Of a DNA stretch of 64,000 bases, positions 10,876-24,000 are shown piece by piece. The notes under the pieces were generated by a model. The model ran no database searches. It was not told the DNA's origin and saw only the letters and a list, made by a program, of their open reading frames with translations. Positions within the stretch are counted from its first letter, which is position 1. Each line of letters begins with the position of its first letter. The DNA lies in IMG/VR virus record IMGVR_UViG_3300032030_000020, positions 68,670 through 132,669 of that record. The stretch is one strand, 5' to 3'. The translations under genes were made by a program, and so were the position numbers. The stretch comes from a virus (Duplodnaviria; Caudoviricetes).

Positions 10876-11940
10876 TTACGTGTACGTTGGCTTAAATACA
10901 AAAGAAATATTGATATCCATTGTTTCGATAGGTTCAATATATAGCTCGTTCAGTTTCATAATCTGGGTTCTTTCTGTCCCTGAACCCGTCATTTTTCCTG
11001 AAACATAGATTGTTTGTCTGTTTATGCTTTCTATAATTCGATGCCAGCTTCCGTTGGCAAATATATATTCACCGACAATGTCGTCAGGAAAAAAGCCTTT
11101 CGTTGTCAGAACTGATCCATCTACGTAGGAAACGTAAATGTTCCGCTTTGTAGGATACCCTGGCTCTAGATACAGAAACCCGCTTTCGTGATAAATGAAC
11201 GCAAGTTCTGATTCTGAATCAGATTTTAATAATGTTTTACCGTTCATGCTATTGACGTAGATCTTTTTATCAGCGTCGGTTGTTGTTACCTTAGAAAACG
11301 CTGTTAGCTTCATTTCCTGCCCTGTGTTAAGATTCGTGATCTTTATTCCGGCTGAAGCGTCTCCGTCTACATATACGCCGACCGGAGTAAACTCTGTACC
11401 GGGGTTCCCAAGTAATGCACGAAATGCGCTTGTCTGATTTGCAAATGTGTTTGCGAGCAACATGTCCGCTCTTTCATATACTGCGGTATTCTGCATCATG
11501 TCTTCTCTGTATTTGTCGGTTCTTTCACGATACATAATATCGCTTATAGCAAACGGATAAGCGGCTTTTAAAACAATTGTAACGACGCCGTTTAAGTAGT
11601 TTGTAATTTGGGTGTCGTCTACTTTGATAACAGTTGCGTTGTAATAACACCACGGCCGCCTGCTAAATATCAGCTTGCCTGTTCTACCGGGCTTAAAGAT
11701 AGAGTGAATCTTATCTAGCATGCCACGGTCAATCTGCTTTTCTTCAAAAAAACAGCGCAAACTGAACTCTTTCGGCTTCTTCCACGCACCGTAAATATAT
11801 CCACCGTTGTGCCCTTCGAATGTTTCTTCGTGGACCTCTGATTCAGCCGGACGATAGATATAAGTATCCTGTAATTCTGGCGCATACTGCAAACCCAAAC
11901 TAGATGCAGTTATTCCGCAGAATGCGAAATCACATTTCAA
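10876..11940 (-). CDS. Distal tail protein (Dit)
   Basis: Lies between tape measure and Tal; F.F.G..S..LG start; PFA and NPGT..TP motifs. Confidence 0.75.
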   Translation of the reverse strand: MKCDFAFCGITASSLGLQYAPELQDTYIYRPAESEVHEETFEGHNGGYIYGAWKKPKEFSLRCFFEEKQIDRGMLDKIHSIFKPGRTGKLIFSRRPWCYYNATVIKVDDTQITNYLNGVVTIVLKAAYPFAISDIMYRERTDKYREDMMQNTAVYERADMLLANTFANQTSAFRALLGNPGTEFTPVGVYVDGDASAGIKITNLNTGQEMKLTAFSKVTTTDADKKIYVNSMNGKTLLKSDSESELAFIYHESGFLYLEPGYPTKRNIYVSYVDGSVLTTKGFFPDDIVGEYIFANGSWHRIIESINRQTIYVSGKMTGSGTERTQIMKLNELYIEPIETMDINISFVFKPTYT

Positions 11941-11959
11941 GTCACTTACCCCCTTTCTC

Positions 11960-11985
11960 TTTCCCTTTACGTATGTTTTCGAATG
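11960..11985 (-). promoter_or_regulatory. Candidate phage late promoter (CATTCGAAAAnnnACGTAnnGGGA), copy upstream of Dit
   Basis: Minus strand CATTCGAAAACATACGTAAAGGGAAA; near-identical to copies at 39036, 50707 and 60609. Confidence 0.7.
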
Positions 11986-12028
11986 GTCAAGTTTTTAAAT
12001 GACTATTAGTCACTTTTTAAATGACAAG

Positions 12029-12056
12029 GGGGAGGACGGCAAATCCCGTCCTCCCC
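12029..12056 (-). terminator. GC-rich hairpin after tape measure gene
   Basis: GGGGAGGACGG-caaatc-CCGTCCTCCCC inverted repeat; U-tract weak. Confidence 0.55.
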
Positions 12057-12062
12057 GTGCTT

Positions 12063-15000
12063 TTAACTCGCATAATTACTAAGATTAAATCCTTGTTTTG
12101 TAAGCTCTTTTGTAAATACCTGACCAACTCTTCTGGCAACATCTTCGAAGTCTGCGTCGCTCTTCAATTCAGCCTGATTAATCGTAACATGGACATCTCC
12201 AATGGTATTGGAGTTGTTGCCAATCAAATCGCTCGGCGGCATCAAAGGAGATGCTACATAGACATACCGAAGTGTGTCGGTAAGAGATTGAATCAATTTT
12301 GTATCAACTGAATCAAGGAACGCTTCAGGTTTGATCTTTGTTCCGTCCACCCAAGCAGGACCTGTAAAATCTACCAATCCACCTGTTGCATACTTCTTTT
12401 CAATCGTTAATCGTTCTGTTTGTCCTGTGTTGTGGTTTTTTACATTATAAGTCTTTGAAGTATCTGCTGTTACTGTTCCGCCGTCGCCAACGTGTGTTAT
12501 GTCGCCTACGCCTACGCCTTTTTGATTAAGTACTGATTCTAGATTTTCAAGATCTTGAGCGGAACCAATAGCGTAATCAGTAAGTTTACCGATGGTTTTA
12601 CTTAAATTAGAATTAGCATTTCTGTTATCCGAGTATTCAACATCGCCGTTGTCATGCATATAGGCAACGAAAGCATAATCATTAGTTACAGACTCTCCAG
12701 CTTTAAACTTATTTTTGGTATTAGTGTATTCTTCTTTACCCATTCGTTGATAGCCTTCGATTTGCTGCTGTGTCCATGTCGGGTTATCTTTGCCAAAACT
12801 ATTTTTCGCATCAACTTTTTCTCCGTTAACAGCTTGCGCCAACGCCCTTGCATCGTCTTGAGACATGGCGAGAGGACTGCTAGGATCAACAGGTTGTGCG
12901 ATGTATTTATTAGCAGCGGGGTCCCAGACTGCGCCCCAGGCGTAAGAATACATCATACCCGTAGCTGTACCCGTATTACTATTGGTTTTAGCTTTTCCTG
13001 CGGCAGATTTCGAACCGCTTGTTTTTCCAGAACTGCCGGATGTTGTCGTCGAAGACCCGGTAGCAGAGCCTGTAAGCCCAGCGATTGTTAATCCGTTTGC
13101 GCTCAGGAATGCATCTGCTCCTTCGGGATGTAAAGAATTAAATTCATCGCTGCCGAGAATACCTTCAACAATCTTGTTTTTGTCTCCAAGGTTTAACCAT
13201 GTAGACATACCTGTTGCGTCAGCATCTCTACCAAGAAGCGTATTGTACATCCCGTTGATAAACGACTCCATACTTCCGGCTTTCAGCGCGGCGTCTACAT
13301 CAGTTAGTTTTTTGTCGACATACCGTTCAAAGTTGGAAATCTCATTCTTCATCGAAACGGTGACTCCGGTAACCGCAGAAAGATATGTGTCTATCTTTCC
13401 AGAATAACCCGAAACCGCAGAAAGATATGTGTCTACATTTCCAGAATAACCCGAAACCGCAGAAAGATATGTGTCTACATTTCCAGAATAACCCGAAACT
13501 AATGCGGCGTACTCGTTAATCTCCTTTGCGTATGTATCCATTGTGCCACCGGGTTTTACAAACTCATTAAGTAGGCTGGTCAGATCTTTCTCTGCTCCGG
13601 TAAGCCCTTCTATCGCTGTCGTTTGCGTTCCTTCAGCTCCCCAGATCCCTTCAATCTTATCCTTAAGCTCGCCAAGGGCGGTTGTCAGGCTTTGCGAATC
13701 TGTAGAGTACTGTTTGGATGCGTCATCAATGGTTTTCTTTTCGGCTTCCTCAATCTTGTATTCTTCTACAAGTTTGCGATCAATATTGTCATTGAGATCA
13801 AACGCAGCGTTTCCTGTGATCGTTTCGAGATCGCCGGCAAGCAATTTAGAAGTATCGCTAATTTCTCTGGATGCTTGAGATGCTGTATTGGAAACATTTT
13901 CAGCAAGCTCACCGGTTCTTTCTCCGACGGCCGTCGACATATCATTCAGCATCTCAGACTCGGTATCTAAGTTCGAAGTCATATTGTCGTAAAGATTCAT
14001 GACCGTTGCTTTCGTGTCCGCGTCCAAAGTGTTTACGAAGTTTTCAAGTGTCGTACGGTTCTCCTGTAAGGAAGCGAGCGTGTTTTCAAACTCTTTTGTG
14101 CCTTCTTCGCCGATGGCAATAGTCAGATCGTTTAACGAATCTGTCGCAATATCCTTCATTAAGTTAATCGCTTGAGACGTGTTTGCAAACGAGTCGTTGA
14201 CCTGAGTTGTCAACTCTTCAATAAACATCTCGTTCAACGCTTGTTTGCGCGCCGTTTCTTTTTCGATCTGGAAACCAAGTTCGTTAATCTCGTTTGTTGT
14301 GGTAATATAGTCTTCTGTTCCTTTGTCCATGCCCGCAACAGAAGCCAAAAGTTTATCTCTTTCAGCTGTTTTGCTTTCGATTGTGCTCTGAGAACCAAGG
14401 ATCTCCCCGTACAGTTTTGAATCCTTTGCGTTCTTTAAGGAATCGATAAATCCGGTTGTAGCACTTGTGTTATTTTCAACAAACTGCGTTACAGCTTCCA
14501 TCCACAACGAGTTGTCTGTCAGACCTAAGTAAGGAGATCCATCGCTAAACGTATTAGGTGCAATGTTTGGATCATGTTCAAAAGTAGAAGGAACTATCTT
14601 AGAACCGCCTTCAACCTTGTTGTTCAGAAGATCAATCCACCATTCTGGAAGCTCTTCTAGGATTCTTCTAAACACAAAATCATCAAAGTGCTCGTAATCT
14701 GCATTATCAAGCTCGCCTTTTCTCATCTTTTCGTAAGCATCCAAGATGTTCTGAATATAGAGCTCTTGACCAGACTCAGAAAGATTTTTGTATTCCGTGC
14801 TTTCTGTCATGTAGCCAAGCAGAGAATCCGCAGACTGCATGATTTCGTTAATCTGTTCGAAGTAAGTATCGACAATGCCCTTCATCTGCTTCCAAGTGTC
14901 TTCCCAGGAATTGGTCATTTCCATACGGGTTGCGTCAAGACTGTTCTTGTAAGTCTCGTCGTTTACTTTGACCCATTCCATAAGATCTTCAAAAGAACCG

Positions 15001-18000
15001 CTGAGTAAAATATCAATGGTTTCTTTGAAGTTGTTGGCATCTTCAAGGTATTCGTCCAGCTTTTCTCTTTGATAATCAAGGTTATCGTCAATGGATTTAA
15101 TCTGATCGTCAAGCATTTCAGCCTGAGCATTTGCTTCGTCTTCTGCTAAAGACAACGCCCTGTTCTGCTGCAGTTCCTGAATCCGTTTACGGAGTTCTTT
15201 TGCTTCCTTGGTTCTGGAACTGTCTGCAGAGATAAGCGCTAATTGCCGCTGAAGTTCTGCCAGTTCTTCAGTCTGACGTTCTTCTTCAAGGGCTTTCTTC
15301 CGCATTTGAAGCCGTTCGTTAATCAATCCCTTTTCTTCGTTCAGCGCTTCTTTTTGCTTGTTGAGATCTCTCTCGTATAACTCAAAACGATTCCGATAAG
15401 AATTCCTGAGAATTTCGAGAATCTGGTTCTGGTTCGAAGTTGTACCTGCCAGCATATCTCTTTCTTCTTGAATTCTTTTTCTGATCTCTTCATCCACCAT
15501 GTCTTCCACGGCTTTGCGGTTTTCAAGAATCTGCTTCCTGTTTTCCGACATCGCCTTGGTGTTGCTCTCAACAGTGTTGGTTGTTTCTTCGAGTTCCTTC
15601 TCGTACTTCATAATTGCCGAAGCAATTCTCCAGTACTCGTCTCCGCCTTCCGCTACGGTTGTAAGCTCGGCTTCGAGCTCTTCGATGAACAACCTTAAGG
15701 TATCAGCGCGGGTTTCCTGAATCTCATTTTCGCTGGCAAGGATTGTATTGACATTAGTCAATTCATCCCTGTTCTGATACCGTGTTCTTACGGTTGTGTA
15801 CATGTCTGCGCGATGGTTCTGCATCTCATCCACTCTGGACATGCGTTCGAGCATTTCATCAATTTCCATGCTCTTGATCTGCTTGTCGAGTTTGATGAGT
15901 TCATAGTCCATTTCCGCAACAGACATTGCAGAGTCATAGATCTGTTTTTCGAGTTTTTCGAAAGCGTCTGTGTTCTCCGGGGTTGTCTTAGCCAACTCTC
16001 GAAGTGTATCAATTTCACTGATTTCATATTCTTGTTTTGCTTTAATCGCTTCTTTTTGTCTCTCTATTGCTTTGGTATACATCTCGCTGTCTTTGTTCTC
16101 AGAATAATACTGAGACAGCATGGACGCTACCTTAATCTCACGGTCGAAGCTGTCGATCATCTTCTGCCGTGCCTTTAGCGTGGAATCTACTTTGGAATTT
16201 GCAATGTCAATCAACGCCTGAATATCATCAGCTTCAAGCCGGACGTATTCATTCTGACGTGTATAAATCTCCTGTACAACTCTGTCGTACTGAGATGTTC
16301 CCCTTGTATTTTCAAGCTCTGCCTGCAGAGATTCTATCTCTTTCTGAATTGCTTCACGAACAGGCTTTCTGTCTTCCATCTGCGTTTCCAGCATGTTCTG
16401 ATACAAGTCGTAGAACATGGTACTGTTATACATTCCCGCATAGATACCGGCCTTTTCAATGTTGTGTAACGGCCCGCGAGAAGCATCTTCGTAGGTCTTT
16501 ACAATTTCATCGATAACGGCTTTTTTGATAGCTTCAGCCGCTTCTTCCATAGAGATCTTGAGCTTCTGAAGTGCAGCCTGATATTCGTACAGGCGCTGTG
16601 TAGCTTCCTGCCATTCAGGAGAACCTTCTTCCAGTCCGGCGATCTGCTTTTTAAGCTCCTTAATTGCTTCTTCGTAAACGGGAACCATTTGCTGAGAAGC
16701 TTGTAACTGCTGATTTAACGCGCCCCTTTGCGCCGCATAGTTGCCAATCGAACCGTAGCGAGACGCCCATTGCCCGTAAACATCGTTCAGGAAGTTTGGA
16801 CGAAGCGTGCCAAGGTTGACATTCATCGCCGTCTCATCAAGATACGACTTGTTTATGGCCCGTTCATTGGATTCCATTGTGGCCTGAAGGCTTGCGTTGT
16901 TGGTAATCAGCTGATACAGCCTCTGAATCGCTGCAGACTGTTGTTGCGGATCAGTAATCTCTCTGTTTTGAAGCTGCTGTGTAAGCGTATCGATTTCAAT
17001 TTTGTTGTTTCGATACGTTGTACGGTTTGCGTCATTCCCGGCTTTTAACATGCCACGATAACCTTCCCAGTCTCCTGCCTGCTGCGACATAGACGCATAG
17101 GTGTTAGCTAACTGAGCGTTCGTTGTGGATGCAAGGTTTGCACGGGTTGTAGCAAGATCAAGCTGAGCCATACGGTTGGCTTCGATTGCTTTGGTGTTCT
17201 CTTCGATGGCTTTTGTGTCGCTGAGAATCGCAATCTCTTCTTTGTTAATCTCATCGATGGTTTGCCTAAGAAGCTTTGGATTATCTCTGTATTCATCTAA
17301 TTCTTCTTTGAGTGCTTCGATATGCTTTTTACGGGCTTCGATGCTCTTGTTTAATTGAACTTCGTTATTGCCGAGAAGCCTACGATAGTTCTCAAAGTCT
17401 TCGCGGTTAAGATAGATTGCTCCAGCCGCCTGATTGACAGCCATTGCCTGATCGATCCACCGCCTGGTATCGTTATTGTCTTCAGTAATCTTGGTATGCC
17501 TTGCCGCTTCTTCGTTGAAGCGATCCTGAATTGCGGCAGAGACTTCGTCCGAATACTGTTTGATAATATTCTGATACTCTTTAATCGCTTTATCTTTAAC
17601 TTCTTCGGATATCCAAGGATTATCTTCATCGTGCGACATGATTTCTTCGTAGAGCTCATTGGCAGCATCTCTCAGTGTCGCAATAGTAGTTGCTCTCTGT
17701 GCGTAGCTTGTTGCATAAGCTTCGGCTTGAAGATCGTACTCGCTTGTCTTGCCATATGTTCCGGCGTAAGAGTTTGCGAGGTTGATGCTTCCGTTGGCCG
17801 CACGGTTCCTTTCATTGATATCAAACAGTACTTTCTGCCTTGTAATATCCTGATACTCAGAGATCTTATCGAAGATTTCCTTTGCTTTTTGAGCGTCGGA
17901 TTTCATCAGCTCGGCAAGATTCTGATATGCATCCATATAGGACTCGACTTCCGTGAAGAAAGCTTCGCCCATTTCATCTGTGACATACTGAATCATACTG

Positions 18001-21000
18001 CCGAATTCAGAAGAAGTCTTGTCAATATCAGCATTGATGGAGTCAATGTTGGCATTGGTCGCTTCAATGCTTGCGGCGAGATCAGATTCCTGAGAAGCAA
18101 GAGTTTCAAGCTGCCCATTGTACTCTTCCATCGCGGCTTCGTAATCGGCTCTGGCTTGTTCTTCCGCCTGAACCTGAGCAACGTTCACCGTCTCGGTAGC
18201 CGCAACTTCTGTCTTTGTGGTAGCTTCAATTTCATCAAGTTGTTCCTTGAGCTTATCATATTGTTCCTGCATTGAAGACAAACGCTTTTTGTTTGCTTCT
18301 TCCTGTGCTTTTTTAAGAGCTGGGCCAAGACTGCCTGCGACATCTTCTACGGTCGGAACATGAATATTTTCGCCACCGGGCTGCTTTGACTGAGCCGTTA
18401 ACTGTCTGACAGTTGCTCTGGCTGTTCCCCATAAATCAAATTGCACACCTTTGCCGTTCATTGCGGCTTCGAGCTGATGAAGCTGGTTTTGAAGTGTTTT
18501 TCTTCTTGCTGCTTCTTCCTTGGTAAGCTCTCTGCCAACGGTACGTACTTCTCCGGTTTCACGCTCTTCGTAGACGGGTTCAACATCAGGTACGATCATT
18601 TGCGGCGGATTCGCCAATAAGTCAGCACGTTGTTTATCGATCTCATTTTGTCTGCGTTGGTATTCCAGAAGCTTTGCATATTCAGCGTCTCGTTGGGCGT
18701 TGAGTTCTGCCAAACGAGCATCTCTTTCAGCTTCCAGACGGGATTGCTTTTCACGTAAAGGATCACCGGTTTCGGGAAGTTCTCCCTTGGTGTGCGTCAT
18801 TCTGTCGTAAAGCTGTTGAGCCGCTTCGCTGTCGAGCTCTTTTGTCTGTTTCGCCGCGTCAATCTGAATCTGCAACGCTTTTCTATAATCGTCCCATTGG
18901 CCGTTGCGCTTATACATGTCGCCATAAGATCCGGCGATAGAAGAATAAGTTTCCGGCGCAATGGATTGGCGTTCAGCATTTAGCTTAATCTGCTCGGTGA
19001 TATTCTTCTGCATAGCGATGGTGTTATCGCGAATTGCTTTTGTATAATCAATCTCCTGTTGTTCTGCCTGATACAAGGCGTCTGCAATTTCACGATATCC
19101 CGGATCAGCTTCATCCATCGTAGCAAGTTGCTCTTTCAATTGAGCAACTTGTACAGCGGTAGATTCACGTAAAGACTCGGTTAACTTGATGGCATCGCGC
19201 ATAGAGCTGCGGTACTTCTCAAACTCTTCTCCGGTCTTGAAGTATTCCGCAATAGATACAGCACTCTCTGAATAAGCCTTCGCTGCTCTTGTAGCATCTT
19301 CATAACCTTTGGTAACTTCGTTAACGAAAGACTCCGCAATTGTGCGTTGATTTTCGATTAACTGAATTTGCAGCTTATCGATTTCTTCCGCGTTGGAAAT
19401 GTAAGATTCAAGAGCTTCGCTCCAGCCGTCAGGATCGGAAGCTTTCAATTCTGCGTCATTCACACGTGCAAAGAACTTGTCTGCTTCTGCAACCTTAGCA
19501 GCAAGCTGTTCTTCGATAAATGCGTTGTCGTCTCGCAGGAACTGCCGCTGAAGAGCGTAGTTCTCCTGTGCTTCCGCAAGGGATGCGCCAGACTGTGCGA
19601 GCCTGCTGTTGCCGCTTGGGATTTCGGTTGCACGTCTCAGTTCGGTTTGAAGGATCTCATTCTCAAGAGCGTTAAGATCTCTGACTTCCTGAATGATCTC
19701 CGATTCCAAGTTGAATTGCTCAGCTTCGATATCGGCAATCTTGTTCATGATGTCAATAGCGTTCTGAGAGTTCGGGCCTTCTTCCTTCTGGATGCGGTCA
19801 AGTTCGTTTCTCCATTCGTTTAACTGCGGAACGTTCTGAGCAAAAGATTCACGCCGCAAGTTAACCAATTCAGCAACTCTTGCACGATGGGTGTCGTAGT
19901 CTTCGATTAATGCGCTATAATCTTTTTCTGCGGTTGCAACAGTTTTTCTGCGGTCCTGTGAAGAGTCTGCAACGTCCTGTTGCTGCTGAATGAAATCTAA
20001 TCTCTGTTTGTTTAATTCGATGATCTGGTTTGTGAGTTCTTCAAGGGCTTCTTTGTAGCCGTTGATAGCATCAGTTAATGACCAGTAATCGTCTTTTGTT
20101 TCACTCATTCCTGCGCGCTGGGCTTCAAGAGCTTCAATATTTTGACGATAGACGGCCGCCATCTGTGAATAATTCTGACGCTGTGATTCAAACGCGGAGT
20201 TAAATTCAACACGGTCGTTAACAGACTCTGCATGCTTGAGTTTAGTATCGTATATCTTTTGGAGATGCTCGAGTTCAGTTAAAGCATGCTTTGCATCTTC
20301 GATGGCTTTCTGGGCTTTGGACTTACCACCGCCGCCACCGCCGCCACCGCCGCTGGCACCGTCTCCACCGCCCCCGTTAGGAGAGAAACTCCAAGAAACG
20401 TTGACGATGTTTCCGTCTCCGTCGACTGTGGCTGTTGCAGTACCACCAGATGCAAGTGCTTCTTCGATCAGCTGTTTGGTTTGTTCGTCCATTTTGCTTC
20501 CAAATTCGCTGAGAAGAGCTTCTCCGTTGTAAGTTACTTCACCGTTTTCAACGGTAATGCCGGGTCCTTCAATCGTTATGTCTTCAAGATTATCACTATA
20601 GCTTTGAACTTGTTTTTGAATCGCGTCTTGAAGTTCGGTATCCGACATAATAATACCCAGGCCAATATCTTGCGCTTCAGTAGAATACTTTTGTGACTCT
20701 TTTTCCAGAGCCGCGTAAATCTCATCTACGGCTTCTGCGTTACCTTTTTTAGCATCTTCGATTTTCTTCTTGGAGAAATTAAGACTTTCAAACAGGCTTT
20801 CATCTTCTTTTGAGACCTTTTTCCCTTGAAGCCTTGCCATCGCGTTTTGGTACTTATTTGCATCTGCAATGGCTTTGCGATACTGAGTCATCAAATCAGT
20901 GCGCTCTTCAAATGTACCTTTTGATTTTCTCATTGCGTCAGTAATTCGTTTTGTTGAATCACCAAATTTGTTTTGTGCGTCAAGGGCATCTGCTAAGGCG

Positions 21001-24000
21001 TTGACTCTAAACCGCTCAAGCGCTTCTCCGTTTTGGACAACGCCGTCTTTGGACTCGTTGAGCATATCTTTGACGTATTCGATCGATTGAGCCCATTCCC
21101 CAAATCCGTCCGCGTCTTCCGTTGCGGCTGTCTTAAATGCTTTAACATCCAAATTGCCTTCGGCGTCAAGCATGCCTGTAAACTGTTTGTAATATGCTTC
21201 TGAATCACGGTTGTAAGTTAATCTGCCGAAAACAGATTCATTTCTTAAGTTGCTGATGTCGGATTCTGTGAAGAAGTTTTGGTTTTGACTTCTTCCGGCC
21301 ATCTCGCCGAAAATATCTTGAACGCCTTGCGTTTGATGAGATAACCATTCTTCAAAGCTCTTCTTTCTATCTGCGAACGTGTCGCCTTCAAATAATCCAG
21401 CATTCTCACTGAGCATAGTATTGATCGTGCTGACAGAACCGTTATCAATAGCGTCGATTATTTGCTGAAGCTTGTTTCTTGAATCGCGGCCCGATTTGTA
21501 TCTTGAAGCATAATCACTCAAAGCAGAGGCCGTCGACGTGGGAGTAAGATTACCAAACTCATCAAACATTTTGGCTATTTGCAGTATCGCTTCCGCTGCT
21601 TTGTCATCAACGCCCTGAAGAGCAGCTGAAAGCGTCTCAAACGCAGAGCTCGTATCACTTGGATCGATATCGATATTGAGCCCATTTGCAATTGTCTGCA
21701 GAAGTGTTTGAATTTGATCTTGAATCTCTTTTTTCAGCGCTTCTTTTGCTTTGTTGTCGTTTCCGTTCATAATCTGCTTGACATCTGCTTCGTTTCTATT
21801 CGGAAGGAACGAAGCTATCGTAGAAGCATATTCATCAGGAGATAAAGCGTAATTGTTGAACGCGTTTTCTGCTTGACTTGCAGACAACAGTTGATTTCTA
21901 TATTCGTCGACCTGCGTCCTCAGGTTGTTGTTAAGCTCTTGTACTGCAAGCGCCTGTTCTTTTGCAAGCTCTTCTGGAGAAACTTCAGGATTGTTGAACA
22001 TAGCCAAAACGTTTTGGCCGTGTTCGCCAAAAGATTCTGACGCAGCTTTCATTAAATCCGGGTCTGAGCCGTAAACATTTTGCCATTTTTCCTGAGTCGA
22101 AGCATATAGCAGTTGGCGTTGAGCAATGTTAATCTCATAAGGACTCAATGGACGTGACTTGCCCACTGCCGTATTTACATAAGGCACTTGCCCAACATCT
22201 TCACCCGGCACAAAATATCCTTTTGTCAAATTTGCATATTGTTGTGTTGCGTACTCAGATATCATGCCATCTGCAAATGGCAATAACTTACCATTTGAAT
22301 CAAACGGGTTTGAAGAATACCATGTTCCGTCTGGGCCCATAAAGTAACCAAGATCATTTCTTAAATGATTAATTACTTTTTCTTGGTCTTCTGCGGGAAC
22401 AAAAGTATATCCATTTTCAGCCGCTGTTTTATTAGCTTCTTCTGTTTCTCCGGCCTGTAACATAGCAGTTAATCTTCCGGCTTCTTGTCTTCGCTGTTCA
22501 GCCCAATAATCAGTTCCTTGCTTTAAAGAATCTCCGGGATTTGTAGCAATTGACTCCGCAGAGATACCGGCAGCTAACATTGATTCAACCTGTTCTGCAT
22601 AAGTTCCATTGGTGATCTTTGCGGCGTTCTTCTGAATTTCTGAGGCTTCATTTTCTAATCTAATTTTTGCCTTAATCTCAAATTCTCCGCCCTTTTTCAA
22701 GTCTTCGATCAACTGCTTAGTACCGGACAACACTTCTCCTGCTTGTTCAAGAGTATCAAGACCTGTAACAGAGAGCTCTATTTCGGCCTGCTGTTTGATA
22801 AGTTGACCTTCGCCGGTGCTACGTTGGGCTTCGGTAAGATCTAAGAATTTCTTAAGAGAAGGGTATGCGCTTTCAAGCGCAGACCAATCTCCTTCGTCGA
22901 AGTCAAATGCAGCTTGCGCTCCAGTCCAATCCTTAAAATCGCCGGCGGTAAAACCAGACATAATTTGCTGAGCCATAGAGCCAACATCGGAAGACAGATA
23001 TTGCTTGGTGCTGAGAGACTTCTTGATTCTTGCCTTTGTAAGCGCTTCATTTACAGCTTTCTGAGCGTCCGAACCTTCATATGTGCCACTTGTGATCGAC
23101 TCAAAGACAGCAGCAAGCTGTTCCTCACCACCGAAGAAAGACTGCATCTGCTTATAGAAAGGCTCAAGAATTTTATCTGTTGTTAATTCTTCAATGAATT
23201 CAGGTGAAGACGTGATGGTGTTCATTACCGACTCCATAACGTCAGGCGTTTTAAACTGTCCGGGCTTGGCGTTTGCGACCGCAGACTTGAACGTATTCAA
23301 AGATTCTTTTGGGTTAACGTTTCTGCTCATATAAGCAGCAATCATTTCTGGATTAGTTGCCATATAAGCTTGCATCGTGGCGCCAAGTTCGGTGTTATCG
23401 AGATCAGTCAAGAAACTTTGCCAGTCGTTATAATTTTCAATCGGTTTAAGCGTTTGTGTTTGTTCGGAGTCAAATCGAGTTATCAGCTGTCTTATTTCTT
23501 TTGGTAGCTGACTTTCGTCTATGATTCCATTCTGCAGATTGTACAACAAATCCCCTTCGCCAAGGATTCTGGCAATATAATCATTTCTTTCATCTACCGT
23601 ATGTCCAGAAACTACCCCTTGCTGCAGAATTCTTAATGTGTCATAAGGGTTCTTTTCGTTTGCCTTTAAACGAGCTGCGTCAAATAGACTTTCGGTTGAC
23701 TGAAACACCGTCGCGTTTGTTTTATATTGTTTGATGTCAGAAAGCCTATACTTGCCATAAGAATTACGAACAAATCTTTTTGCTTCATCTTCAGCTCTAA
23801 AAGCATTATTTCCTACTTTAAACCCATAATAATCTTCTGGGCTATATTCTTTGATTAAGTTTTCTAATCCTTGAACGTCCTCAATTTCGGGGAAAATACC
23901 AGTAATTAAATCAATTAATGCTTGCGTAGGAACACCGTCTTCTAAATATATTCCATTTTTATCATTTAATACCGCCTTGCCGACTTTAGCTTCAATTGCT